Shown here: one piece after another, positions 13,130-27,450 of the stretch
Position numbering within the stretch: position 1 is the stretch's first letter
Layout of the letters: each line of letters begins with the position of its first letter
Source of the DNA: Octopus vulgaris
Taxonomy: Eukaryota
DNA length: 64,000 bases
Direction of reading: 5' to 3'
Assembly: GCA_951406725.2 (NCBI GenBank)
Contig: OX597831.1
Span: forward strand, 806,001 to 870,000
Made by a program: the position numbers and the translations under genes
Notes under the pieces: generated by a model
Told to the model about the DNA's origin: nothing
What the model saw: the letters and a program-made list of their open reading frames with translations, nothing else
The model's database searches: none

Positions 13130-15120
13130 ATATAAAGTTTTCCTCATAGACTCATGTGATTGCTGTTGCTGTTGAAGGTAAGCTGTTTTTGTTTAGCTTC
13201 TTGAGTAGACATTCCCATGGCATAGAAATAGCTAAGAGAACAAAACCCTCAAGTGTTTATTGCTAAAGACGTAGTAGTTCTTTTGTTTGTGTTGCAGCTG
13301 GTGTTGCATCCGTATTTGTCTAAGCATTTCTTGCCTATTTCCAGATAGTAGAAGAACTATCAAAAACCAATGAAGACATCCACATGACAATAGAGAGCTA
13401 TATAGTAAGGAATTTACCATGCAATGGAGCATTACATTAACGCTAGCCATCACAGACAGACCATTTTCAGAAAGAGAACCATCATCATTTATATGTCTGC
13501 TTTTACCATCATCATTTATATGCCTGCTTTTTGAGGTAATATTCTATGGTTGGATGCCCTTACTGATGTCAACCAGTACATGTTTTCAAGTTAGGTACTT
13601 TAATACATATCTTTGTATGTCAAACCACTAAACTGTAGGATTTTTCGCTTATGTGAAATGTAAACAGTGTCACTTCTACCCTAGCAAAACATGCTGAGAC
13701 AAACACAGATATGACGTGTGTGTGTGTGTATAGATAGATAGATAGATAGATAGATAGACAGAAAGATAGATGTATATATACAACAAAATTTCATACAGTT
13801 TCTATCAAACAATTTTCCCTCACAAGACGTTGGTCAACCCAAGGCTATAGCAGAAGATGATAGCCCATGGCTTAATACAATGGAGCTGAACCTAAAAGCA
13901 TGTGGTTATGAAGTGATCTTAGTAGGGCAGACTAAACCAAATGGTAAACTCTGGTCTCTTACTGAATACTTAGAATGGGATAAACTCCTTTGGGTGTAAC
14001 AATCAAACTCAAAGTTGTCAGCTAATGACAAACACCCATCAATTTCACAGTATTGCTTCTGATTCTAATAGCAAACTATTCTTACTCTGAAGTCCCCATC
14101 AACAGCTAAGTGGTTGCCACTCAAGATCAAAGTACCTTGGTCAAGTGGAGTGTAGAGAGCAAGATGAGGCAAATAAGACAACTTGGCCATTCACTGCATC
14201 TGTCTCCATCCTTAGTTTTCTTGACCTGGTCTTGTCACTGGACTGAATATGGTCACAGAGAAGGGAGTGAAGTTGACGGTGTGCAGCTCTTCTTCACTTT
14301 AAACAAAGACACAGCGTAATTCAACAGTCCTCCTTAAGGAAGGTCCTTGTTGCTCCAAGCATAATTTGGTCAAAGACACAAAACTCACTGTCAATGACAA
14401 GGTATGAACCACTAATCTCTAAGTCGGTTCCTATATCATTCTATTAGCTTGGTTATGGTTATAACCATTCATTTTCCCAAATAAAAGCAGGAAAGAGTTT
14501 TTTTTCTTTTTTTTTTTCTTCCCCTTATTGAATTATATCTGAATTTCTATGTTATCTCATTTCTATCCTAGTTGTTGTTGAAGATATTCAGTGTAAAACT
14601 AAAGTAATTTCATATTTCCCACTTTATTAATGCAGTCTCTGCTATTTATTATTTTTGTTTTTAAACATATATATTAATTGTAACTTGATTGGTGTATTAC
14701 ATTATATAATCCGCCACACACACACACACACTGTGTCTCTCTATAACCATCATTAGAGCTAATTACATGCTTTCCCTTTAATAAAACAAAGTGGCTGCTA
14801 ATTAAAAACCACAATCAACAGAACCAACTTTGATGTTTTTGAGAACTTATTTTTTTTGGAGATATTTTTTTTTTTCTCTCTCTTTCTCTCTCCATAATTT
14901 ACAATATACAAATGAATTTACTTGTAATTAGATGCTTATTGGGTAATTTAAAGAAAGAAAGAAAAAAAATTGAGCTAAAACAGTCTCTTTGGCTTTTGTT
15001 TAATTGGTATTGGTATTACTGATGATGTTGATGATGGTGAGGAAAAGGGACAAAGAGAAGAAGAGGTTTATTTTATGATGTTCAGTATGCACTAACCATG
15101 GTAAGATTTCCAATTACTAC

Positions 15121-15169
<49 letters not shown>

Positions 15170-15171
<2 letters not shown>

Positions 15172-15850
15172 GGCAGTCGGCTGTCAGAACCGTTAGCATA
15201 TTGAGCAAAAAAACTAAATGTGGCATTTCTTATGGCTTCACATTCTGAGTTCTAATTTTACCGAGGCTGACTTTGCCTTTCATGCTTTTGGGGTTGATAA
15301 ACTAAGTACCAGTTGAGTACTGGGGTCAATGTATTTAGCTAGCCCCCTCACCCAAAATTTCAGGCCTTGTGCCAATAGTAGAAAGGGCAATTATTATTAT
15401 AAAGGCAGCGAGCTGGCAGAATTGTTAGCACACTGGATGAAATGCGAAGCTGTATTTCACCTCTCGCTACGTACAGAGTTCAAATTCTGTCGAGGTCAAC
15501 TTTGCCTTTCATCCTTTTGGGCTCGATAAATTGAGTACCAGTGAAACACTGGGGTCGATGTAATTGACTAGTCCCCTCCCCACAAATTTCAGGCCTTGTG
15601 CCTATAGTAGATAGGATTATTATTATTATTATTATCATTATTATTATTATCATTATTATTAAAGAGGGGGCTGACTGGCAGAGTTGTTAGAGCATCAGAC
15701 AAAATGCATTGTGGTATATATACTGGCTTTTTACATACAAGGTTGAAATCCTGCTGAGATCAACTTTGCCTTTCGTCCTTCTGAATTCAATAAAATAAAG
15801 TCCCAGTAAAGAGCTAGGTTTGATATGATCAATTGTTCCCATCCCTACAA
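15170..15850 (+). mobile_element. Three tandem SINE family A copies
   Basis: Heads at ~15170, 15403, 15662, each preceded by (ATT)n. Confidence 0.85.
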
Positions 15851-16529
15851 ATTCATAACCTTCTGCTTTAAATTTAGGTGGGGAGAGAACAGCTGATCAT
15901 ATTTTACTAACTTGTGATATTTATTTAACAAAATGGTCTGCAAGTTTACATTATTAAAAATAAATGTTCTCTTTATCCTGCTTTAGTATTCTAAGTGAAC
16001 CATAGACACTCTGTATTTCAGTATCCAGGGTAAATCACAGGTACTCCCAATTTCAGTACCAACAATAAATTCTAAATAATCTGTCATTCTCTCTCTTTCA
16101 AACAAATGTGCACACTCATATAAACTATCTATCTATCTATCTATATATATATATATATATACACACACACAAAGTCACACATATACACAATTACATATAT
16201 ATATATCATCATCGTACTTTAATGTCTGTTTTCCATGCTGGCATGGGTTGGACAGTTTGACCAGACCTGTACTAGGTTCCACTCATATTTGGCTAGGTTT
16301 CTATGTTTGGACACCCTTACTAATGCCAACCACTTTACAGTTTGTGATGGGTGCTTTTAATGCAGCACCAGCACACACACACATACATATATATGTATGT
16401 ATGTCTGTGTGTATGTATATGCATACATATATATATATGTATGTATGTACATGTATATGTTATAGCAATGATAATAATAAAAGTCTCAAATTTTTGCTCA
16501 AAGGCAGCAATAATAATAATGATCCTTTT

Positions 16530-16693
16530 TTACGTCAACTCTGGGGTTTCATTTGTATTTATTTCATTGACCCAAAAAGGATAAAATGCAAAGTTGACTT
16601 TGCAGAATTTGAACTCAGAATTTAAAGATCAATGAAATGGTGCTACTAAGCATTTTGTCTGCTGTGTGAACGATTCTGTCAAACTCATCACAT

Positions 16694-16767
<74 letters not shown>

Positions 16768-17185
16768 CCTTTGAAATTTTGAGAGAGGGGACTAGTCAAG
16801 TATGTTGACCCTAATGTTTCATTGGTGCTCAATTTTATCGACTCTGAAAGGATGAAAGGCAAAGTTGACTTAGGCAGGATTTGAACTCAGAATGTAAAGA
16901 TTGATGAAATGCCACAAAGCATTTTGCTTAGTGTATCTAACAATTTTGCAGCTCACCACCTTAGTAATAATAATGAAAATATTAATAATAATCCTCTCTA
17001 TTATAGGTAGAAGGCCTGAAATATGGTGGGGAGGAGGATAGTCAATTACATTGACCCTAGTGCTTGACCGTGAAAGGATGAGAGGTGAGATGACCTTCAC
17101 AGAACATGAACACAGAATGTAGACAAACCAAATGCTGATAAGCAGTTTGTCCAGTATGCTAATGATTCTGCCAGCTCACCACCTT
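16530..17185 (-). mobile_element. Three tandem SINE family A copies
   Basis: Reverse complement of family A blocks separated by (AAT)n. Confidence 0.8.
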
Positions 17186-17808
17186 AAAAAATAATAGAAA
17201 TAATAACAACAACAATACATTGGTAAATAAATAAAGATGCAAGGTTGGTAGTGAGTGCTGAAATCAGTTAATTCTGAAAGATTCAGTCACAAACGTTTAT
17301 GTGGCATCACTGGAATAGGATATCTCTTCTGAGAGGTAGTCTTCTGGTTATTCTCCAGTAAATGTTTATTGATCATAACACATACACATACACATAATTA
17401 AAATCACACATACACTCACACACACACACAGCCATATCTATACACTCATACACATGTGTATGTATGTGTAGTCTCTGTTTATACATCTTATGTAAGTCTG
17501 GGACTTTTTCCGAATGTTTTTCTGTATGCTCATGAGTCGATGTATGCATGTTATGATACATACATGTATACGTACATATGTGTGTGTGTGTGTATGTGTA
17601 TTCATACACACATAAAGCTCATTTTGTGTATTGGTGTGTACAACACACATAAAGCTCAACTTCCCATTGCTTCAAATGCAAGTAAAATGAAAACATGATG
17701 GTCTGTTATATCTGTGTGTATAAATATACTCACACATGTACACACACATATATAAAATATATACATTTTATATATATATATATATAAACATATATACATA
17801 CATACATG

Positions 17809-17844
<36 letters not shown>

Positions 17845-18037
17845 CACACATGTTTCTTACATACATACTTAAATATAAATACATACATACATAAATTGAT
17901 ATATACATTTATATTCATACATATACATATATATAAATACACATACTCACACATCTATATATATATACTTCTTACATACATATATACATAAATATATATA
18001 TATACATCATCATTTAACAGATGTTAGACAATGATGG

Positions 18038-18093
<56 letters not shown>

Positions 18094-18949
18094 GTATACA
18101 CATATCCAAGTTTAAGACAAAATGGAATATTTTACCATTTTACCATTGTCCAGTTTCTTTGTCTGTCAAATGTTTTCCACAGTTGCTATATAGGCAAAGA
18201 AGAATGAAAGGAAAAAAAAGGAATAAAATGATTTACAATCTAAATGATCCCAATTTTATTAATCAAATGATGAATATTTTTTTTTCTGTCCATGTATGTA
18301 TGAGATTGCATTTTATTATTACTATTATTATTGTTGTTGTTGCTGTTATATATTGAAGAAAATAATCATCGGTCACGATGATAGTCAAACATTATTATGG
18401 CATTTGTTCATGCCATCTTGAAGTTTGAGGTGGAATTCTCCGGAATAACTTCCAGAGCAGCAGTATTTATTTATTTTATTTATTTATTTATTTATAAAAG
18501 ATGAGAGGAATTTGAGAGTCAATGAAATAAATGAGGACAATAAATAAATACATTGAATGAAATTGCTTTTTCTTTCTTTCTTTCTTTTTTTTTTCTTTCA
18601 GGTGATAATAATGGTAAAACAAAGGAATGAAAAAAAAAAAATTAAAATAAAGTAAAATTCTGTTGTTATTTCAAGGTGACACAAAAAAAAAAAATTGTGA
18701 AGAGCAAAAAAAAAAAAAATGTGATTGAGTAATTAACAAAAAAAAAAAAATTATAGGGTAGAGGTATGTTTGTGTCTTTTTTTTTTTTTCTATATTTCTT
18801 TTATTTGGAATGGAAAGGATGGATGAAAAAAATAATGAGAAATTTGATTTAAAATAAAATTATAAAATATATATAAAAGAAAATATGTATTTTTACAGTG
18901 AAACAGAGATTGTCCAGACTACCATGACTGTAAATGGTGATGGGAGAAA

Positions 18950-18987
<38 letters not shown>

Positions 18988-19129
18988 TAATATAATATAT
19001 ATATATATATTTATATAATATACATGCATACATACATATATATACATATCCATACATACATATACATAGATACATATATATACATATATATATACATACA
19101 TACATATACATATATACATACATATATGT

Positions 19130-19174
<45 letters not shown>

Positions 19175-19175
19175 T

Positions 19176-19209
<34 letters not shown>

Positions 19210-20567
19210 GATGTCTGATTGAGACATTTTGAAATAAATATTTATATAATAAATAAAGAAGGTAAAAAATTACAAAATTAAAAAGCATGGGTGGGGGGGT
19301 GACTTTAAAAATACATTAAACAAAAAAAAATACAAGAAGCATAGAGTGATTCAGTAAAAAGTAAAACGAAAATATATATACAATAAACAAAATATGAGAC
19401 AAGGGAAAATTAATGTATCAAAAATAATATACTTCTAGTGATGATTGAATTGTTATGAAGAAATTCTACCAGTTTGGTAGAATTTTTTTCAGGGTAGAAA
19501 GCCTGGCTAACAAAATAAATGTATTTGTTTATGTTTGTTTTGTTGTTGTTGATGAAAAAGTGCGAAAAAAATCTTTATTTTGACTGACTGTTCATCCATA
19601 TTGTTGTTGTTGTTATTGGTTTAGCTCTGTGAGGTCTGCTCTGTCATTGCTGCCCCTCCCTACTAAACCTAGGGCACTACTCAAACGAAGCATTTGTTTT
19701 ATGTTTCTAATGGATGTCCAATTTCTGTTCTTTATTGCAGGACATTAATTTCTGTTCTTACTAACAATTAACTCTTTAAAATACAGAATCCCCATCTGCA
19801 ATTACAAGGCCAACCAACTCTTGAAAACCATTTAGCTGCTTACTGCATAATAATAATAATATAAAACAAGACCTCCTAGCAACTGATATAGAATTCCCCT
19901 AGTCTCCTTGTAGTCCCTATTTGAAAGATAGTGAAAAAATTCATCAAGGGAATCTCAAATTTTACACTGAACTTGTCCTAGCAAATTTCAGAAGGGAATA
20001 GTTAATTAAACTGACCCCTGGTACATTACTGCTACTTTATTTTATTAATCGTTAGAAAGATCAAAGGAAAAATTGACCTTGGCAGGATTTCAAATCCGAA
20101 CAAGAAAAAAGAAGTCACAATTAAATACTAGAGGGTATTTAGTTATCTGCCATTTTAAGGATTCTCCCAAGCCCTATGTTAAGTGTTTATAGGAAGGAAT
20201 ATTCTCATAGAACACTACTGTGCCCCCATACACTGCTACCATGCCTATCTGTACCATGTATGTAATGGCTACAGTGGTTATACTGAAAGGGCAGGCTATT
20301 AACTTCTGTGGTTTATTTCTAGATCTAGGATATATCGAGTAGCTGAGATATCATGTGCATTGGCTAAGGTGTTGATGAAACATTTAATGTTGTAGGTAAA
20401 CAACAAACATCTTTCTCTAAGACTAAAGATATATAGAGTTTGTGTGTGTGTGTGTGTAAGTGATAGCTTTTAATTTGAAATATCAAAATTCATATTTGAA
20501 GAAATGCAAACAAAATACATATAATTTGAGAACATAGTCATATATTTAAGTTAATGTGTGCATGTAT

Positions 20568-20599
<32 letters not shown>

Positions 20600-20600
20600 G

Positions 20601-20631
<31 letters not shown>

Positions 20632-20929
20632 TGCATGTATGTATGCATGTATGTGTGTGTGTGTGTGTATATATGTATGTATATAACACAAATATCAATT
20701 ATTGATTTCATATAGGTGTCACAAGGCCTCTGAATTATAGAGGGACGGGGTGAAAAAAGATTGCATAACATTTAGGTTTTATTTTTTTCAGAAACATTAG
20801 CAATCTAAATGAAGTGAAATGGCTACAACCTGGAGTCAAAAAGTGAGTCATAGACTCAACACACTGAGAGCTCACCTCTACTCTACAATATTCACCACAG
20901 ATCCACATACAATAATAATAATATAGTGA

Positions 20930-21330
20930 GAGAATTAAGATGTGTCAGATCTATACTAAAAGATGCCACCACTTTAGAATATAAGACATGTCATATCTAT
21001 GTTTAAATAGTGCTGTTATTTTAGAATTAAGACATGTCTAATCTATATAGAACAATGTGCTATTGCAATAGAATTTCTGACATGGCAAATCTATATACAA
21101 TAGTGCTATCTTGATAAGAGTAAAGAGATATATCTATATACAACAGTGCAATCATTGTAGGATTAAGATGTGTCAGATCTTTGTACAGTATTGCTTTATG
21201 TTTAGAATTAAAAATATCAGATTTAAACACACAGTATTACTACAGTCATACAAGTAAAATATGTCATATCTATATACAATATTGCTATCACCACAGAATT
21301 AAGATGCGTCAGATCTACATATAAATATTC
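20930..21330. repeat. Degenerate ~45-bp minisatellite
   Basis: Recurrent AGAATTAAGATGTGTCAGATCTATATACAATAGTGCT. Confidence 0.75.
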
Positions 21331-21939
21331 CAGCTCTTTTTTTCTTCATAGCTTAAACATGAAATAATTTTAAAGGAAGCAGGGCTGGGGGTGTAGGAGA
21401 GGAATAAGGGCAGGATGGGTTGGGGGTGGAGTGACTAAAACATTAGTAATAGGTGGGTCAAAACTGAAAGTATTAATTTTTCTTTAAGTCAATCAGTGGT
21501 TTAATTTATCAGTTACACCTTAGTTATTATTATTATTATTGTTATTATTATTTAATCAGTAATATCAGTATAAACAGACAAGCACACACATATTTATATT
21601 GAACACAGGTATATTGTTACTTGTGACCATCTCATCTCAATTATAGGTATATTTCTTTCTTCAATCATATTTACATTTTAAAAAACATATGCACCTTTCC
21701 TTTCTTTTAAAAGGTGGTGGAAAGTTTATTGCTAGAGAGAGAGAGCAAGCATGAGAGAGGGGGAGAGTGAGAGAGAGAGGGAGATAGAGAAACTTGGTCA
21801 CTGTATATCATAAAAAGAACAAGCAAGCAGGTGATGGTCCATCCACACATGTGGGAAAACTAGTTCAAGATTGCAAACATCTTCACCTGACACAACACTT
21901 GCTTCAATAGGACACCTATAGGACTTAATTATCTATTAA

Positions 21940-22160
21940 TGGTTTCAAGTTTTGGTGCAAGGCCAGTAATTTCAGGGGAGGAGGGTAAGTTGATTAGAGT
22001 AGCCCCAGGGCTGTACTAGTAATTATTTTATTGACCCCCCAAAAGGATGAAAGGCAAAGTCAACCTCGGTAGAATTTGAACTCTGGATATGAAGAACCAG
22101 GAGAAATGCCACTAAGCAGTTTACCTGGTGTGCTAATGATTCTGCCAGCTCACTGCCTTA
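21940..22160 (-). mobile_element. SINE family A copy
   Basis: AAAGGATGAAAGGCAAAGTCAACCTCGG...TTCTGCCAGCTCACTGCC. Confidence 0.8.
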
Positions 22161-22683
22161 CCGAATTATCTCATAATACCAGACAAATTTTTGCAATAGC
22201 AACCCACTTCTTTAACTCCATCCATATCCAGCCACTCAAAAAAACATTAATAACATATCAGAATTATATCACTGCTCACTAACCAAAAAAAAACAAAAAA
22301 TGGTATTTCTTTTTTTTTCAATTCCAGCAGAGGCTGATGAGTACCAAACACAACCTGATACTGATACAACATCAATTACTACACCAGGCTCAAAATCTGT
22401 GTGGAGTTGCTGCCAACTACTACGAATGAGCTGTAAATTGTTAAAACTGCCACACACTAATTGAAGTGTCTAGTTTATTTCGACTTAGTAAGCCACCAGA
22501 ACGATTGAGAATACAAGACCAGATTGAAGAAAAAGAAATGGTGTAACCTATTTGGGTTATCACACAACAATCTACAAAACTATAAACTGCAGTAGGGTCC
22601 ATGTCATATCAGTGATAGGTGTTGAAAGAATCAATTCATTAGTTACACCTGGCAAAATAATTTTGAGCTGTTCTTAATATACC

Positions 22684-22911
22684 TATTTCTTTATTACCCA
22701 CAAGGGGCTAAACATAGAGGAGACAAACATGGACAGACATAGGTATTAAGTTGATTATATCGACCCCAGTGCTTAACTGGTACTTAATTTATCGACCCCG
22801 AAAGGATGAAAGGCAAAGTCGACCTCGGCGGAATTTGAACTCACAACGTAACGGCAGCCGAAATACCGCTAAGCATTTCGCGTGGCGTGCTAACGTTTCT
22901 GCCAGCTCGCC
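22684..22911 (-). mobile_element. SINE family A, young copy
   Basis: Flanked by direct repeat GCTGTTCTTAATATACC (22667-22683 and 22912-22928); CpG-rich. Confidence 0.92.
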
Positions 22912-23516
22912 GCTGTTCTTAATATACCATTCATTGGTATTGGTCAGTTAAGCACATGTGTCTGTATATCTAAATATACATTTAAGTAACTATCTATCTA
23001 GCTAGCTATATATATATATATAACATCAGAATTGCCAGTTGCTGTGTTTTATCTAATGAGGGATAGTGGACTGTGACAATATAGTTTGTAACCAAGGGAG
23101 ATAATTACTTCATAATTTTTCTTTTAAGAAGCGAATTCTTTTTCAATTAAATTATAAGAAACGAATAATTTCAAAATAAATGATGAATCTAAAATAGATA
23201 AATCTTAACCAAAGATTAACTATCCCATTTGAGCTTTTCTTTGCAATGTCAATATTTCCCTAACAATGATGACTAGAATATACAAATCAGAGAGCTAAAT
23301 TCAAATTGAAATGAAAAATCAAAATTTTCTGAATTAAAGAGAAATTAGGACAGCCAGTAATAAATATGCCCAAGATGTGCTGTATGTCTCAACAGTGATC
23401 CTATGTTTATCAACAAAGGTTCGAGAACTCCCTTAACTTCTTTCATATTCTAACTATTCTATTTTCATTTCAACCAGATCCAGTATTGATTACTAACTGA
23501 GCACCCAAAGTAAGGC

Positions 23517-23566
<50 letters not shown>

Positions 23567-23734
23567 CATATACACACACACGTATATATACATACACACA
23601 CACACATATATATACATACATATATAGATATACATACCTAGATATATATACATACACACACATATATATATATTATATATATATATACATATACACACGC
23701 ATACATCTATATAAATATATCTATCTGTCTATAT

Positions 23735-24860
23735 TATTATCATTGTCAGCATCAACATTTTAATACTAAATTTTCCATGTCGGAATAGACTCAACACATC
23801 TGCTGCAGAGCACATCATCAATTTTATGGTCTTTTGTTATCATATAATCTGACCTGAATTTGCTGTGAGCATGTGGCACTTCTACACTCATCACTCATTC
23901 ACAATATATATATCAATACCTGCACATTTTGGTTGATGCTCTTAATTCCCCAGCAACTAACACTTCATTTCTCTATCACACAAACACCCAGTCTCTGGTG
24001 TCAGCTAGCATCACATATCAAATATATGACCACCTCAACCATATCTCTCTCCACTCATTGGAGATGGTCTTCTACATTCAGTGACCATATCTTCCTATGA
24101 TGTAGCAGCATATTCATGTAACGTTTTAAACAGTCTACCTTTTATATGAAGAAAGACATTCATTGTTACTGACAAGGGTATAAGAACTCTCTTAACTTCC
24201 TCCATGCCCTAGCTACTCCATTTTCACTGTGACCACATCCAGAACAAATTAGATTACTACAGTAGCAATATCAACCATATTTTATAGCTAGTCTCATTGC
24301 TAAATTTTCATGTGTATTATATGGCATTTAAAGTCCCAGTCCTCTGTTAGCTTACCAAATACCAGTTGTACTTTGTTTTTGGTGTAATCCTTACTTACAC
24401 AGAGCACCCAATAACGAGTCCCTTTTCTACTTATTACCCTAGGACTTTAGACCATATTTCCTGGTTGGGCATACTTTTCATATTATTCTTTTACAGATTC
24501 TACAAAGAAAAGCAAGTCCTCATCTTATAAAACTTCCCAAGGACACTAAGTCTGGAACTCTTCTATTAAAGTCTCAAGGATAGAAATAAATAAAAGAATG
24601 GGGTAAAGGGGAGGGATCAGTACATAGCCTGGATGAACCCCTACTTGAACAATACATTCCCCACTAAAATTGCTGACAGACCTAAACTTATTAACAATAC
24701 CTTCTTACACTTCTGCTCTTACAATCTACCCATCTTTTATATCTCAGCTTTCTCTTTTTCCATTCACCAGGCTACAAAGCAAGGTGGTGAACTCAGGGAA
24801 ACACTAGCTTGTCTCCACATTAACAAATACAAAATAAAATGGATTGTTCTCTTGCAGGTG
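23735..24860 (-). mobile_element. Old RTE-clade LINE 3' remnant (RT domain)
   Basis: Decayed VQVGVHPGYVL (cf. VGVHQGSVLSP), PWEVL*DEDL (cf. PWELLYADDL), ARAWRKLRE; 3' end resembles the family D tail. Confidence 0.65.
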
Positions 24861-24933
24861 TCTCACTAGAGATACATCATATACCCTACACTGAAAATTA
24901 GCTTAAACTTTCTTTTTTAGTTACTTCCAAGAA

Positions 24934-24984
<51 letters not shown>

Positions 24985-25476
24985 GTGTATGTGTCATGTG
25001 GAGGGACGTAAAGATCCATGAAGACAATGATCAAAGATCTCAGAATCATGCCGCTTTGAAAGCCAATAACATCAGTTGCATAGTAATTACATGACATGAA
25101 TCTAGAATGCCACAATTAAATAACCCACCCTATCTCTCTCTCTGTGTCTCTCTCTCCCTCCCTCCCTCCCTCCCTCCCTCCCTCCCTGACCACTTTAAGC
25201 CTAAGTACATAAAATCATCAACATCAGCATCATCGTTAATGTATTCTTCAAGCTCCTAATGTTTATCATCACCACATTTTAATATTCAGTTTTTCACTCT
25301 CTATCTAAATATATATGGTTTCAACAGACTCCTAATGACAGGTGTATCTAATGAGATACTGTCACCTTTCAACAGGATTTCCTTGACCTTATCCACGTGT
25401 TACGAGTACTTTTCCAAATATTCATCCAGCACAAATCCTTTCCACCCGGCTATCACTGTATGTGTGTGTGTGTATG

Positions 25477-25522
<46 letters not shown>

Positions 25523-25615
25523 CATATATATATACATATATATATATACATATATATATACATATACATATATATATATACATATACATATATATATACA
25601 TATACATATATAAAA

Positions 25616-25656
<41 letters not shown>

Positions 25657-25677
25657 TACATATATGTATATAGAGAC

Positions 25678-25710
<33 letters not shown>

Positions 25711-25753
25711 TACATACATGTATATGTATGTTGTATATATATGTGTGTGTATG

Positions 25754-25790
<37 letters not shown>

Positions 25791-25947
25791 TACACCATAT
25801 TCTAACAAGTCCGCTCTCAGTATATTCTCTTTCTAATGGTTATTCATGTGAGGAAACTAATACTAGCTGTTGACCCATATCTATAAATACAAAGAGATTC
25901 TGGAAAAGAAAGGTTGATTATAAACTTCATAGATTCACATATATATA

Positions 25948-26034
<87 letters not shown>

Positions 26035-26854
26035 CATTTTCTCATTCAGTACAAAATGACATTTGACTAACTGTACTATTTTGTAAGTGTTTGTGTGTGT
26101 TGATGAGTTTATTCATATTTTTACAACAACACGGCCACCATTGTTTCAGCAAAGCGTATATTCTTCGCTAAGCCTCTTCAGAAAAGTTATGCTAATAACT
26201 GCTGACTAACAACATTACCAGATCAGAACCATATATATATATTTATATATATATATACATACATACATACATGCATGCATGCGTACATACATATACATAC
26301 ATACCCAGTCATATGTATGTATGTACACATATACATATATACAATTGTGTATATACATAAGCATTTTTTTTTGTTTTTCATTTTCAATAGTTAACATGGA
26401 CGGATATATATAACAATTTCTAAGATAACACTTTACTGATAGATTCTGAACACAATGGGGTTATTAATATCATTAATATCAAGCAAGGTATGAACACCAC
26501 ATATTCCCATTTCTCCTTCCATTAAAGAACTTGAAGGCCTCTTGTCTAAAACGGACAACTGAGTAAAGTATGAATGTTGTTTGATCTCATTCTAGTCATC
26601 TATCAAATTTATGGCTCTGTCATATAAATTATCTTGTCATCATCATCATCATCATCATCATCATTATCCTTATCATTCTCAACCTCATCATCATCATTTG
26701 TGTTATTTTTTGTTGTTGTTGCCTATTTCAGACAAAGCAATAATGATGTTATTTCATGGCTAGACATCAACCAAATGTGGCAGGTGAAAAGTTATATACA
26801 ATATTATATGATACCGGAAACTATCATAGTGACAGCCACTTTTGAAAACTAGCC

Positions 26855-27450
26855 AGTCCACTACTCTACAATCATCATCTCCAGTTGCACCACGCCACAA
26901 TATGCACTAGCTGCACCACTCGACAATATGTAACAATTTCATCACTCTACAATATCCACCTTTGTACAACATACCCCAGCTACAAGACTCTACAACACCT
27001 GTACCACTTTACAATATACCCACCTGTACCACACTACAACATGCCCTAGCTGCACATCCACAACGTGCACCAGCTGCATCACTCTACACAACATCTCAAC
27101 TACACTTCTCTACTTGACTCTGTAATATCTAAAACTCTGCAATGTGCACCACTGCACAATGTCCACCACACTGCAATGTGCACTAACCAAACCATTCTGT
27201 GGTGTACTTCAGTTGCATCACTTTACAATGTGCATCAACTTCAGCAAACCACAAAGTAATGCAGATGCAACAGTTTACAATTTTTTATCAAGTGCATTAC
27301 TCTGCAAAGTAATTCAGGTGCACCACATTACAATGTGCATTAAGTGTACCACTCTTCAGTGTATGCCATTTGTGTCACTTTACAACACAGACCAATTGCA
27401 ACACTCTTCAATGCACAATTGCTGCACCACTCTACAATTTGCATCACTTG
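26855..27450. repeat. Degenerate ~22-bp minisatellite
   Basis: Recurrent TGCACCACTCTACAATGTGC. Confidence 0.75.
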
